A stretch of DNA of 32,648 nt from Candidatus Anstonellaceae archaeon (GCA_038824715.1 JAWBPP010000005.1:1-32648), one strand, 5' to 3'; positions 9,263-17,941 are shown, numbered from the stretch's first letter. Notes: a model not told the origin generated them from the letters alone. Numbers and translations: made by a program.

Positions 9263-9697
9263 TCAGACTCTTTCATTTCTTCTTGAAAAGAAATAAACCC
9301 ATAGCACAAGCGAAAGCGCTAGGAAGGGCGCGATGATGTAGGCGTTCTGGTTCAGGAAAGCGCAGGCAAAACCAAGCAGGAGGGGAAGCTCGCTCATTGC
9401 AAAAGGAACGGTTATCCTGCTAACCGCAGGAAATTTGGAATCCGGCTTGTTCACAGTTGAATATATGAAAAGCGAAAGAGGGAGCTGTAGCAGGCTTAAC
9501 CCGAAAAACAGGGTGAAGAATTTTGACTGCAGAAGCGCGTCTGGTTCGAGAGAATTTGTCCATTTATCCTCCTGCGAGCTTGAGAGAAAGAAAAGAATGG
9601 CTGGGAAAAGGGCAAACATTGTAAGAATGGCAAGCGGAAATATTTTTGCAATGAGTTTTTGCCCTGATTCAGACACTGTGCCACTGTTTGAGTACAT
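9263..9697 (-). CDS. Small integral membrane protein (about 4 TM)
   Basis: Four hydrophobic segments; start MYSNSG at 9697 behind GAGGTGA. Confidence 0.75.
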   Translation of the reverse strand: MYSNSGTVSESGQKLIAKIFPLAILTMFALFPAILFFLSSSQEDKWTNSLEPDALLQSKFFTLFFGLSLLQLPLSLFIYSTVNKPDSKFPAVSRITVPFAMSELPLLLGFACAFLNQNAYIIAPFLALSLVLWVYFFSRRNERV

Positions 9698-9707
9698 CAA
9701 ATTCACC

Positions 9708-10094
9708 TCAGACCAGTTCTTCTGGCTTTCGCCCTGCAAGCTTTGCTTTCGAAAGCGTTATCGTGAATGTCTTTCCCTGCTCTTCGAGGAGATGCACGGG
9801 AAACAGGAACCACCCTTCCCTGGAAACCCGCCAGCCGATGTAATAGGTTATGCCTGTCACTTCCTCCCATTTTTTCATCTGCGCGACCTTTTCCTTTTCA
9901 AACGAAAGCGAGCCCGAATCCCAGGCCTTGCACTCGATTGCATACTGCTTTCCGTGCCTGAATGCCAATAGGTCAGGCGAAAGCGAATTCACGCCAGAGC
10001 CAGCTGCGCGGATTACCTGAAAGCCATGCTCTGTAAAAAAATGGATGAGCTCCCGCTCTGCACGGGAGCCTTTTGCATAAGTGCCGAAGACCAT
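9708..10094 (-). CDS. hjc: Archaeal Holliday junction resolvase
   Basis: YAKGSRAERELI, VIRAAGSG, PDLLA, AIECK (PD-(D/E)XK) signature. ATG 10094 chosen; the track uses GTG 10103. Confidence 0.93.
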   Translation of the reverse strand: MVFGTYAKGSRAERELIHFFTEHGFQVIRAAGSGVNSLSPDLLAFRHGKQYAIECKAWDSGSLSFEKEKVAQMKKWEEVTGITYYIGWRVSREGWFLFPVHLLEEQGKTFTITLSKAKLAGRKPEELV

Positions 10095-10133
10095 GACATA
10101 CACTGAAAGAAGAAAAAATAAGAATTGGGAAGT

Positions 10134-10676
10134 CTAGACTTCAGCTTCCTCGATGCACTCCTCGCACTTGAGCTTGCCCTCGTCGCGCTTGAGCGCCTCG
10201 GTGAAGCAGCCGCAGACTTCGCAAACCCCAGTGTAGTATTCATTGGGCTTGGCCTTCCTTATGTCATCGGTTTCAGAAATGACATCGAGAACGCCAGGGT
10301 AGACGCGGAGAAGGTCGTCTTCTGTAACGATTCCGACCAAGCGGGATTTCTTGTCAAGCACTGGAAGGCGCTTCACCTTGTTGTTCAGCATGGCAAGCGC
10401 AGCTGCCTGTATGGTGTCAGACGCCTTTATCACTTTGAGAGGCCTGCTCATTATTGACTTGAGCTTGACCTTCTTGGGGTTCTTGCCCTGAGCAACCACC
10501 TTGTGCACAATGTCACGCTCAGTCATTATCCCCTTTGCCTTGCCTTTTTGCGTGATTATTACCGAACCCACTCCTGTTTTTTTAAGAAGGCGGGCAGCCT
10601 CAAAGACGGATTTGTCTGCCGGAAGAGTGAATACGCCCACTGTCATGCATTGCCCTATTTTTATGTCCATTTTCAT
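10134..10676 (-). CDS. CBS-pair protein with a C-terminal Zn ribbon
   Basis: GIMTERDI and KRLPV...GIVTEDDL CBS motifs; C-terminal CEVCG...CEEC. Confidence 0.9.
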   Translation of the reverse strand: MKMDIKIGQCMTVGVFTLPADKSVFEAARLLKKTGVGSVIITQKGKAKGIMTERDIVHKVVAQGKNPKKVKLKSIMSRPLKVIKASDTIQAAALAMLNNKVKRLPVLDKKSRLVGIVTEDDLLRVYPGVLDVISETDDIRKAKPNEYYTGVCEVCGCFTEALKRDEGKLKCEECIEEAEV

Positions 10677-10921
10677 CTGCTCACCTCCTTGTTTTTCAAT
10701 TCGCAGTGAGAATTTTTAAAGCAAATCATCGGAATCCCGCTTGGGAAAATGGAATTGAAAAGCTTCCTTGCAGGAATATTGTGCTTGTTCGCAGCATAAT
10801 CGCTCCTGCCATTTGTTGGAGTGAGAGTTTCGGTTGCTACTCCAAATCCTATTGTGAATGCCGTGGCTGCGCTTGCTGCGCTTATTGTTGCATACCACTT
10901 GCTTAGGCGCTGAACTTCCAT
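10673..10921 (-). CDS. Possible small protein with an N-terminal hydrophobic segment (may be a gene fragment)
   Basis: GGAG RBS before ATG 10921 and a TATA-like element at 10945-10951. The C-terminal third runs through the CBS gene upstream region and looks non-coding. Confidence 0.35.
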   Translation of the reverse strand: MEVQRLSKWYATISAASAATAFTIGFGVATETLTPTNGRSDYAANKHNIPARKLFNSIFPSGIPMICFKNSHCELKNKEVSR

Positions 10922-10973
10922 AAAACTCCACAAATAGCATAGGCTTATATACCCTTATTTTCATATAGAGAAA

Positions 10974-11339
10974 GCTGCGCGTGGATGGCAGAAGGAGCCA
11001 CGGACTTTTGCGCAAGCAAAAGGACGCGCATTTTTCCGCAAGGAAAAATAGCACCGCAATGAATTGCCTGTCAACAGCGCGCCGCACAAGTGAGAAGTGT
11101 TTTGCAGTCTGGCGGTTCGCAAACCAGCGAGCCGCACATTGGTAACGAAAAGAAAATAACGATTGCAAAAATCAAGCAATTCAAAATTCGAAAAAGGAAG
11201 CATCACCGTGCCGCTTCGTGCGGCTTTCAACAGAATCAAAAGATTTCACGCTCATTTCCGCCTGCGCTTTGCGCATGCGGGGCAGGCGCAGCCTGCTGAA
11301 CACTCCGGCCAACTGCCGGCGCGAGCTGGAAAATCTTTT
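10974..11339 (+). ncRNA. Unassigned highly structured non-coding region (candidate ncRNA or cluster of hairpin elements)
   Basis: TTATATA at 10945-10951. At least seven hairpins, including GCAA tetraloops (11005-11022, 11028-11052), 11112-11135 and a domain closed by AAAAGATTT/AAATCTTTT (11238-11339). No credible ORF. Confidence 0.45.
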
Positions 11340-11353
11340 TTGGAGAAGGGAAC

Positions 11354-11623
11354 TTGCCAACGGTCTTCACAGTCCGTGTATCGGCGAACAGGGGGAGCTT
11401 TTCCGCTTCGCTTGCATCGGAGAACCCGCTTGTCATGAAAGCGGACGTTCCTTCTGAGCCAAGGAAAGGCAAGGCGAACAAGGTGCTTCTTTTCGAACTG
11501 GAGAGATTGCTTGGCTGCCGCGTGGAGCTTTTGTCCGGGCAAACCGGGCGGAAGAAAACCCTGGCAGCAGATTGCACAAGAGAGGAATTGATCGACAAGG
11601 TCAGGAACCAAAGAAAAATGTGA
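11354..11623 (+). CDS. DUF167 (YggU/UPF0235) family protein
   Basis: VPSEPRKGKANKVL and VELLSGQTGRKKTL match the DUF167 pattern; TTG start. Confidence 0.85.
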   Translation: MPTVFTVRVSANRGSFSASLASENPLVMKADVPSEPRKGKANKVLLFELERLLGCRVELLSGQTGRKKTLAADCTREELIDKVRNQRKM

Positions 11624-11681
11624 AAAAACGAAAAATCGAAACGGTGAACGAACCGGACGATGATAAAATAGGTGAATAATT

Positions 11682-13052
11682 ATGGGAAAGACTTACATTG
11701 ACACAGTGAAATACCTCGTGTACGCCAACCTCGAAATCGACGGGCTTGTGGAAAAGCCTGACGTTGTCGGGGCTATTTTCGGGCAGACTGAGGGGTTGCT
11801 TGGAGACGAGCTTGATCTTCGCGACCTGCAGAAAAACGGCAGGATTGGCAGGATCGAAGTCGATTTGCAGCCCCGCGGCGGGAAATCGGCAGGCAAGATA
11901 AAGCTGCCATCTTCACTTGATATGGTGGAGACCTGCATCCTTGCAGCTGCGCTTGAAACTGTTGACAGGGTCGGGCCTTGCGAGGCAAGGATTGGAATCG
12001 AGAAAGTCGAGGACACGAGGAACGTGAAGAGGAAAGTGCTTGTCGACCGGGCAAAAAACTTGCTCAAATCCATGCTCATGAACGAGATACCCGAAAGCAA
12101 GGAAATCTCCGAGATGGTCCGCCAGGAAGTCAAGATCGCCGAAATAGAGGAATACGGCCCTGAAAAGCTTCCGTGCGGACCTGCAATCGAAAAGCAGGAT
12201 GCAATCATCATCGTGGAAGGAAGGGCGGACGTTTTGAACCTTCTCAAGAACGACGTGACCAATGTAGTTGCAGTGGGCGGGGCGAACGTGACAAACGCGA
12301 TTGCCAAGCTTGCGCGCGAAAAGGAAGTGACTGTTTTCCTTGACGGCGACCGCGGAGGAGACATCATCCTCAACGAACTCTCCCGCGTGGCAGACATTGA
12401 CTTTGTCGCGCGCGCACCGGCAGGCAGAGAAGTGGAGGAGCTTTCAAGGAAGGAGCTCATCAAGTGCCTGAGGGCGAAAGTGCCTTTCGAGCAGGGGCAA
12501 AATGGAGGAGAGGAGAAGAAGCCTGAATATGACAGGCGCGAGCGCAGCAGCCGAAGGTATGACGAGGGAGAGCGCTACAGGGACAGGCGCGACAGGGGAA
12601 GGCGCGAGGAAAGGCCGTATGTGCCACCCTCGGATGTGCCGCCCATGCCGCAGCAGGTTTCCGCGCCAGCAGCAAGCCAGATAGCGCAGCCGCCCAGAAT
12701 GGAGCAGCAGGGTGCGCCGGCTCAGCAGCAGGTGCAAGTGGATGAGCCGGCAGATTCAAGCAAGCTTGCTTCCATGCCGCCGCAGCTCTTGACATCGCTT
12801 GACGAGCTTGAGAATACGCTGCGCGCGCGCTTCTACAATTCAGAGCTTGCCCCTACAAAGGAGATGCCTGTGCGAGACATGATAAAGGCGCTTGAGGAGG
12901 AAAAGGATGTCTACGCGATAGTGTTCGACGGCATAATCACGCAGAGGCTTGCCGACTTGGCGGAAAACAAGAAGATCGCCGCGCTTGTCGGGATTAAGCT
13001 AGGGAATGTTTTCCGAAAGCCAGCCAGCGTCCTCATACACACAAAGACGTAA
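11682..13052 (+). CDS. dnaG: Archaeal DnaG-like primase (exosome-associated)
   Basis: VEKPDVVGAIFGQTEGLLGDELDLRDLQKNGRIGRI; Toprim IIVEGRADV...DGDRGGD; C-terminal FDGIITQRL. Confidence 0.97.
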   Translation: MGKTYIDTVKYLVYANLEIDGLVEKPDVVGAIFGQTEGLLGDELDLRDLQKNGRIGRIEVDLQPRGGKSAGKIKLPSSLDMVETCILAAALETVDRVGPCEARIGIEKVEDTRNVKRKVLVDRAKNLLKSMLMNEIPESKEISEMVRQEVKIAEIEEYGPEKLPCGPAIEKQDAIIIVEGRADVLNLLKNDVTNVVAVGGANVTNAIAKLAREKEVTVFLDGDRGGDIILNELSRVADIDFVARAPAGREVEELSRKELIKCLRAKVPFEQGQNGGEEKKPEYDRRERSSRRYDEGERYRDRRDRGRREERPYVPPSDVPPMPQQVSAPAASQIAQPPRMEQQGAPAQQQVQVDEPADSSKLASMPPQLLTSLDELENTLRARFYNSELAPTKEMPVRDMIKALEEEKDVYAIVFDGIITQRLADLAENKKIAALVGIKLGNVFRKPASVLIHTKT

Positions 13053-13095
13053 GTCTTCTTTCTTTTCCGATTTTTTTATTTTCAGGTGATTGCAG

Positions 13096-14406
13096 ATGCA
13101 GGTTATAGGAAAACAGGCAACGAAGACTGCAAAGCTGCTAGCGGACCAAAGGACAGCTGAAAGGCTCAAGGCATTCGGCGACGAAGCACGAAGACATGGC
13201 ATGATTTCAAGGTCCAGCGGAGCTTATTTTCTTGGCAGGGACAGGGAAGGCGCAGCGGTTGAAACAAGAAGCATCGCGGCCTTTCCCATCGTGGTTGACA
13301 AGTGGTATGTCCAGATGGGCTTCAAGCAGGAGGACGCAGATTGGCTGGAAGGGAAATCCCCAAAGGAGATTGAAAATGCCCTCATGAAAACAGGGATACC
13401 GAGGAAGATGAAGAGCTTTGCCCTGCACATAATTCCAGCTGTAAGGTTGCTTGCGCACATAAGCGAAAGCTACGATAATGAAATACGCAAGACTGAGATT
13501 GCGCTTGGGAAGCTAGATAAGCTCAATGCTTCGCTTGCAGAAAAGAAAACGCACACTGATGCAGATATCAAGGAAGCGATAGAAAAACTTCGGGAAATTG
13601 GAGAGGGCTTTCTTGCCTTCAAGCGCGTGGCTGTGAAAAGGATTGTGGCAATGGAAAGGCTAGAGCAGACAGCAAGGATGCTCGATGAATCCCTTAAGCT
13701 GGAAGGAGGCAAGCGCGAAATGCAGGTCAGCAGGGCATGCGCTGTCTTTACTGCATTGCGAAACAGGCTTGGGCAGTGGCGCGACAGGCAGATTGCAGGC
13801 ATATCTGAGCACAACCACCGGAAGGAATATGCCCTTCGGGCGCTTCGGGACGAGTGGCTTCTTTCGCAGCTTGCGCGATTCGCGGAAATTCCGGAAAAAA
13901 TCCATGGCTATCTTCTTGCTGACAGAGAAAAGCTACGTGTGCTTGATGAAATACGCAGGCTGCTTAAGGACGGAAACAAGAGCGGCGCGCTTGAATGCAT
14001 GGAAAAGCACAAGGCACTATTCCGCGTAAGCGAGAGGGAAAGGAAAGGCGTCGAGGAGCGGATTGCGCTCATGGAAGAGGGCAGGAAGCCGCCTGAAGAA
14101 AAAGGCAGGAAAAGCGATTACCAGATAGGGCATTACGCATGGCTTTACATTTATGCCAGGGATGGCGACCTGAAGAATGCTGAGAGGAAACTAGGCGAGC
14201 TCGCCGTGTTTGTGAACGCAAACAAGCCTAGATTCTTACTTGACGAGCTGAAAAAATCAAACGAGCCGTATCTTGCCGGAGTGGTTGGGGCGCTTGAGGA
14301 AGGAGTTGCTTCTTTTGAATCGCAGGATTTCGCGATTGCCAAGTCTCATTTCACCAAGGCAAGGAACCTAATGCGTAAAATCGTGAATCCGACTGCAAAA
14401 GTCTGA
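13096..14406 (+). CDS. Orphan alpha-helical/coiled-coil protein
   Basis: Long ORF, GGTGA RBS 7 nt before ATG 13096; K/E/R/L/A-rich with no recognisable motif. Confidence 0.8.
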   Translation: MQVIGKQATKTAKLLADQRTAERLKAFGDEARRHGMISRSSGAYFLGRDREGAAVETRSIAAFPIVVDKWYVQMGFKQEDADWLEGKSPKEIENALMKTGIPRKMKSFALHIIPAVRLLAHISESYDNEIRKTEIALGKLDKLNASLAEKKTHTDADIKEAIEKLREIGEGFLAFKRVAVKRIVAMERLEQTARMLDESLKLEGGKREMQVSRACAVFTALRNRLGQWRDRQIAGISEHNHRKEYALRALRDEWLLSQLARFAEIPEKIHGYLLADREKLRVLDEIRRLLKDGNKSGALECMEKHKALFRVSERERKGVEERIALMEEGRKPPEEKGRKSDYQIGHYAWLYIYARDGDLKNAERKLGELAVFVNANKPRFLLDELKKSNEPYLAGVVGALEEGVASFESQDFAIAKSHFTKARNLMRKIVNPTAKV

Positions 14407-14412
14407 GAATAA

Positions 14413-14589
14413 GTTGGCTCAGGAAGATCAGGAGAGGAGTTTGGGCGATCTTTGAAACCGCAAGGTTTCGAAGTGCATTCGAGCGATGCGTCGCTCGAAT
14501 ACAATGTCGGACTAGGGTGGGCTGCACAAGTCTGGAGGGCTTTGCGGCGAAGTGGGGCGTAGCTCCGCAAAGAGTCCCCTTGGGCTGAC
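14413..14589 (+). ncRNA. Unassigned structured RNA candidate convergent on tRNA-Val
   Basis: 11-bp terminal stem GTTGGCTCAGG/CTTGGGCTGAC whose G-U pairs work only on the + strand. Internal hairpins at 14451-14472 (GCAA loop), 14477-14500 and 14540-14572. Confidence 0.45.
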
Positions 14590-14592
14590 AAG

Positions 14593-14664
14593 TGGGCCCA
14601 GGAGGAATCGAACCCCCAGTCTTCTGCACGTCAAGCAGACGTCTTACCATTCGACTATAGGCCC
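14593..14664 (-). tRNA. tRNA-Val(GAC), intronless
   Basis: Minus strand GGGCCTA...TCTGC-TT GAC GT-GCAGA...GGGGG-TTCGATT-CCTCC-TGGGCCC-A cloverleaf. Confidence 0.96.
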
Positions 14665-14723
14665 ATGAAAGCATCCGAATTTTGTCGGAATGATTTTTAA
14701 ATGAACTTTGAGCAGCCCTTTCC

Positions 14724-15536
14724 ATGAAAACCGAAGCGTTCTGCCCTTCTTACATAACCGGCTTGTTCTATATCGGCGAGGGAGACGCTGCTGGCGCAGG
14801 ATTTGCAATCGACAGGGGAATGAGAACCGCTGTGGAAACTGCTAAGAGCGGGGCAACAAAGATAACAATAAACGGAAGCGAGTCGGCTGCCCCTGTTTCC
14901 AAAGTCGTGCTTCGCAAGTTTTCAGAGGTTGCAGGCAAGGTGGGCTTGCTGCACATCACCCACGAAACCGACATACCGATTGGCTACGGATGCGGCATGA
15001 GCGCTGCAGGCGCACTTTCCCTTTCCCTTGCCTTGAACGAATTACTTGGTTGCGGACTTTCTCGCGAAAAATGCGTGAAAATCGCTCATGACGCTGACGT
15101 GGAATGCGGCACTGGGCTTTCCGGAGCTGATGCATCAGCGATTGGAGGCATTCTTGCAAGGCGAAGCGTGAAAGACGGCGTTGCGAAGCTGCCTTTTGAG
15201 GAAAAGGAAATTGAAGTGGCGTTCTATGCCCCGATAAAAACCTCGAGCATAATTGCAACCGAAGAATGGAAATTGAAGGTGAATGCTGCGGGCGAAAAGT
15301 CGCTTGCGCTTCTTTTCAAAAAGAAGAAATGGGACTCGCTCGTGGAGGCATCGCGCATGTTTGCTTACGAGTCTGGGCTTGCAGACTGGTGCAGGCAGGA
15401 AATGGATGAAAACAGCCGAGCGAGCATGGCAATGCTTGGAAAAACGCTTTTTTCTGACGCCCCCATGAAGCTTAATAAAGCGCCGATGCGAATGCTGAAA
15501 GCGAAGACTTGCAAAGAAGGCGCAAGGGTGCTTTGA
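14724..15536 (+). CDS. Pantoate kinase (GHMP kinase family, archaeal CoA pathway)
   Basis: AFCPSYITGLF, GAGFAI, PIGYGCGMSAAGAL GHMP loop, AHDADVECGTGL and SMAMLGKTLF match archaeal PoK. Confidence 0.85.
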   Translation: MKTEAFCPSYITGLFYIGEGDAAGAGFAIDRGMRTAVETAKSGATKITINGSESAAPVSKVVLRKFSEVAGKVGLLHITHETDIPIGYGCGMSAAGALSLSLALNELLGCGLSREKCVKIAHDADVECGTGLSGADASAIGGILARRSVKDGVAKLPFEEKEIEVAFYAPIKTSSIIATEEWKLKVNAAGEKSLALLFKKKKWDSLVEASRMFAYESGLADWCRQEMDENSRASMAMLGKTLFSDAPMKLNKAPMRMLKAKTCKEGARVL

Positions 15537-16259
15537 ATGTCTCCTGGCAGAAAAAAGATCGATATTTCGGTTCTTATTCCCAGTTACAACGAGGAAAAAT
15601 ACATCGGAGCCTGCTTAGCTTCCATAAAAAGGCAGAAGTTTTCAGGCACTTACGAAGTCATCGTAGGGGACGGATACAGCAAGGACAGGACAGGCAAAAT
15701 TGCAAAAGACTACGGCTGCAAGGTCGTGCTTGAAAGCTGGGGAACGCCTTCAGGCGGGAGGTATGCTGCTGCAACCAAAGCTCGCGGAAGGATATACGCA
15801 ATAACTTCGGCTGATGTGCAGATTCCTGAGAACTGGCTTGAAGAGATAAAGAAAAGGTTTGACAAAGACGAGAGGGTTTCATGGGGAGTTGGTGCGGTTT
15901 CCCCTCAGGACGGCAACCTGCTTGAGAAAGTCGGGGCGGCTGTTTTGAATTTCATGGCATCTGTGATGAACGGATTCGGAGTGGCTTATGTGAATGCAGA
16001 CAATCTGATGTGCAGGGCAGACGCTTACAAGAAAGCAGGGGAATTCAATCCAAAGCTCATGACAAGTGAGGACACGGACTTGGGAATGCGCCTGATGAAA
16101 ACAGGCAAATTCGCCTATTTTTCGAAGGCAAAGGTGCTCATTTCCATGCGGCGCATAAGGAAATGGGGCTATCTGAATTTCGTGGTTTTCCACACCAGAA
16201 ACTGGCTCAACACCCACCTTTTCGCGCGCCCTGCCGAGATTTACGCGCCTGTGAGATGA
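15537..16259 (+). CDS. Glycosyltransferase family 2
   Basis: ISVLIPSYNEEKYIGACL, EVIVGDGYSKDRT, EDTDL and SMRR motifs. Confidence 0.92.
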   Translation: MSPGRKKIDISVLIPSYNEEKYIGACLASIKRQKFSGTYEVIVGDGYSKDRTGKIAKDYGCKVVLESWGTPSGGRYAAATKARGRIYAITSADVQIPENWLEEIKKRFDKDERVSWGVGAVSPQDGNLLEKVGAAVLNFMASVMNGFGVAYVNADNLMCRADAYKKAGEFNPKLMTSEDTDLGMRLMKTGKFAYFSKAKVLISMRRIRKWGYLNFVVFHTRNWLNTHLFARPAEIYAPVR

Positions 16260-16271
16260 GCTGCTCTCTTT

Positions 16272-16883
16272 TTACTCAATACCTGTCTCCTTCTTACGTA
16301 GTTTCTGTTTCTCTGAGCCTTCTTCCCAAGCACGTATGTCTTCCTTTCTGAGCCGTTCTAGCTCCTCTCTTTTTACAACCTCCCCCTCTCCTTCCTTCAG
16401 CAGTTCTTTATTGAGATTGAAGGCTTCTATCAGTGCCAATGCTTCCTTTTTGTTGCCAGCTTCAACCTCAGCCCTTACCTGTTCCTCAGCCGCTTCTACT
16501 ACCGCCGGCGCAAGGCCGATTCCCTCCCTTTTGACTGCTCTTGCATAGACAAGAAGCTCCTTGGTAAAGGCCCCTTCAGCATAGTCAATATCGCCGTCAG
16601 CATTGATAAATGGGCTCAGATAAGGCTGATGTTTTACCCTCAGCCTATCATAGAGGCTGTCCATTCTCTGGTTCTCAGGTTTCCCCTCTTTATCAATATT
16701 CTCGTAGAGGTTTTTTAGGCACCAGGCGCCATCAAGCTTCTCAATCTTAGCCTTCTCAGCCAGCACCTTGAGTCTTTCAAATTTCGTTCTGCGGACTATT
16801 TTGAAGAACCGGAATTTCGGTGCGACCTCCTCCAGGCCATGCTCCTTCACGCTGTTCTTAGTCAGTATTTTTATTCCAGCCAT
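16272..16883 (-). CDS. Orphan protein; N-terminal module shared with 17652-17918
   Basis: GGAGGTGA RBS; KILTKxxVKEHGLExVxPKFxFFKIV module followed by a charged helical C-terminus. Confidence 0.8.
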   Translation of the reverse strand: MAGIKILTKNSVKEHGLEEVAPKFRFFKIVRRTKFERLKVLAEKAKIEKLDGAWCLKNLYENIDKEGKPENQRMDSLYDRLRVKHQPYLSPFINADGDIDYAEGAFTKELLVYARAVKREGIGLAPAVVEAAEEQVRAEVEAGNKKEALALIEAFNLNKELLKEGEGEVVKREELERLRKEDIRAWEEGSEKQKLRKKETGIE

Positions 16884-16895
16884 TCAAATCACCTC

Positions 16896-17588
16896 CTAAA
16901 ATACTGCCGTGCTCAGGCTGACTCTGAACTGCAGCGTGCCTGAGCCGCCAGAGAGCAGCCATGCCTGCCGCGCCTCGCCAGAGACAGTTATCTTTCCTAC
17001 AGTGGCATTGGTGTTGAAGTCGATTGCAAATTTCTGCAGCTTGCCATCCCATCCGATTACTGCCCCACCGAGAGTCACCCCTTCGAATGGCAGCTTTCCG
17101 TAAGCCACCCAGAAGCCCTTGCTAACATCTATGCCGATTTTTGCTCCAAGACCCTTGACTGCCATTCCGAATGTGGCATCAGGCGCCTTGAAGTACAGGT
17201 CACGATAAACATAGGGAATAACCGTGAAACTCCCTGCAGGGAGAGCTGCCCAAATGCTTGCCTCCTCGCATTTTATTGCGCTGCCTTCCTTCAATCCAGT
17301 AAAGGTGATGCCTGCCGCAACTTTTCTTACCTCAATGCCTGTGTCAAAGCCAAGCCCAGCCCCCTCGCTTTTTCCGCCCTCATAGACGCGAACTACTGCC
17401 TTTGCGGAAAGGGAGGGCTTGAGTGCAATTTCATCGGCTGTCTTGATAGTGTCCTTTTCCTGCGCGAAAAGCGGAGCAGCCACAAGAGGGGAGATTTTTA
17501 CAAATGCCTTGGTGAGCCCCCAGGCTGCCTTAAAGAATTTTTTCGTTTTTTGGAATTTTTGAGGTTTGCATGCTTCGGTTGCCATCAT
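16896..17588 (-). CDS. Orphan secreted beta-strand-rich protein resembling a transmembrane beta-barrel
   Basis: GAGGTGGTG RBS; basic N-region then ...LVAAPLFA|QE cleavage-like site; alternating hydrophobic/polar Gly-rich strands; ends in LQFRVSLSTAVF. Confidence 0.75.
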   Translation of the reverse strand: MMATEACKPQKFQKTKKFFKAAWGLTKAFVKISPLVAAPLFAQEKDTIKTADEIALKPSLSAKAVVRVYEGGKSEGAGLGFDTGIEVRKVAAGITFTGLKEGSAIKCEEASIWAALPAGSFTVIPYVYRDLYFKAPDATFGMAVKGLGAKIGIDVSKGFWVAYGKLPFEGVTLGGAVIGWDGKLQKFAIDFNTNATVGKITVSGEARQAWLLSGGSGTLQFRVSLSTAVF

Positions 17589-17941
17589 CTTCACCACCTC
17601 TTATTGTTTTTTGAAGTTTTCTTTTCAGCCCATTGGTATTCGCTATACCATCTATTCCCTGTGAGTGCTGGCATAGTCAAGTGCGCTCTGAATCGCCTCC
17701 TCGTTCCTTCCGAGTAGGGCGAGAACCGCGGTCTTCTTATCAGGGTGAACAAGGCCCAGGTTGAAATTCTTGTCAAATTTAGTGATAGTTTCAGCCAGGG
17801 TCTTGTAGTCTTCAAACGTCTTTTTGCTGACTATTTTGAAGAACCAGAACTTGGGAACTACATGCTCGAGTCCATGCTCCTTCACAGCTTTCTTCGTCAA
17901 TATCTTCTTCATCTCCATCTTCACCACCTCTTATTGTTTTT
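17586..17941. repeat. 26-bp exact direct repeat of the RBS/start cassette (17586-17611 and 17916-17941)
   Basis: CATCTTCACCACCTCTTATTGTTTTT occurs twice, 330 bp apart; it reads AAAAACAATAAGAGGTGGTGAAGATG on the coding strand. Confidence 0.9.
17652..17918 (-). CDS. Small orphan protein; N-terminal module shared with 16272-16883
   Basis: Same RBS cassette as the next gene; 27 of 39 residues identical to the N-terminus of 16272-16883. Confidence 0.78.
   Translation of the reverse strand: MEMKKILTKKAVKEHGLEHVVPKFWFFKIVSKKTFEDYKTLAETITKFDKNFNLGLVHPDKKTAVLALLGRNEEAIQSALDYASTHRE

Noticed and set aside
10974-11339. SRP RNA, 5S rRNA or split tRNA
   Set aside because: No helix-8 CAGG...GGAA...AGCA motif, no 5S CCGAAC loop and no T-arm/acceptor pattern.
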